56,676 bases of DNA from Candidatus Riflebacteria bacterium HGW-Riflebacteria-1. GTDB taxonomy: Bacteria; Muiribacteriota; Ozemobacteria; Ozemobacterales; Ozemobacteraceae. The translations under genes and the position numbers were made by a program. The DNA is taken from contig PGYB01000006.1 in assembly GCA_002839445.1 (NCBI GenBank), forward strand, positions 128,001-184,676. The letters are read 5' to 3'. The notes beneath the pieces were generated by a model. That model was given only the letters and a program-made list of their open reading frames with translations, searched no databases and had not been told where the DNA came from. Numbering within the stretch: the first letter of the stretch is position 1; each line of letters begins with the position of its first letter. Shown here in pieces: positions 56,577 through 56,676 of this stretch.

Positions 56577-56676
56577 CGCAAATGAAGAATTAAGAATTGA
56601 AGACAATCGGACAACAATACAGGACAAAAAATACCCAAATAAATCCGTAACGGTATAACCAGCATGACGCGGGGGA
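56577..56676 (+). repeat. ~100-bp direct repeat, copy 2 (runs to the window edge)
   Basis: See copy 1. About 85-90% identity by eye, with a 3-nt indel. Confidence 0.55.

Noticed and set aside
1-56676. CRISPR arrays, rRNA or tRNA genes
   Set aside because: No short regularly spaced direct repeats with unique spacers were seen. The only short-period repeats are in-frame coding repeats and the two ~100-bp repeats at the 3' edge, with ~290-bp irregular spacing. No tRNA-like T-loop (GTTCGAATC-type) or rRNA-like conserved segments were spotted by eye. A tRNA scan would be needed to exclude them formally.

Overview
This window looks like a moderate-GC bacterial chromosome segment, with gene content suggesting a Desulfobacterota/delta-proteobacterial type organism. 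That taxonomic guess is inference only.

Gene content in order:
- (i) An ECF sigma factor, zf-HC2 anti-sigma and DUF3106-like periplasmic protein triad, flanked by two secreted proteins built from near-perfect tandem DNA repeats.
- (ii) GNAT genes and a duplicated GNAT 3' fragment.
- (iii) A low-GC islet carrying an HNH_2 endonuclease.
- (iv) A minus-strand heavy-metal (Cus/Czc-type) RND efflux operon: YHS protein, two TolC-like outer-membrane factors, an HMBD-containing adaptor, and a CusA-like pump. Genes are translationally coupled, and a palindromic operator-like site lies upstream.
- (v) A cluster of phosphoesterase-fold genes (EEP, Zn-PLC/P1-nuclease-like, HD, calcineurin-like), interspersed with three copies of an ~85-bp nested-palindrome REP/MITE-like element.
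- (vi) A 1406-aa gene fusing a PPDK-type ATP-grasp domain and phosphohistidine swivel domain to a complete phosphoglycerate kinase, with an AT-rich N-terminal module of unknown function.
- (vii) A penicillin-acylase-family Ntn hydrolase.
- (viii) The dominant feature: a ~19-kb co-directional operon. It encodes a two-protein Pfa-like PUFA/polyketide synthase (KS-AT-ACPx4-KR-DH, then KS-CLF-AT-DH-DH), followed immediately by oleABCD head-to-head olefin genes. No ER (PfaD) or PPTase gene is visible in the window.

The window ends in an AT-rich region with ~100-bp direct repeats. No rRNA, tRNA or CRISPR array was recognised.
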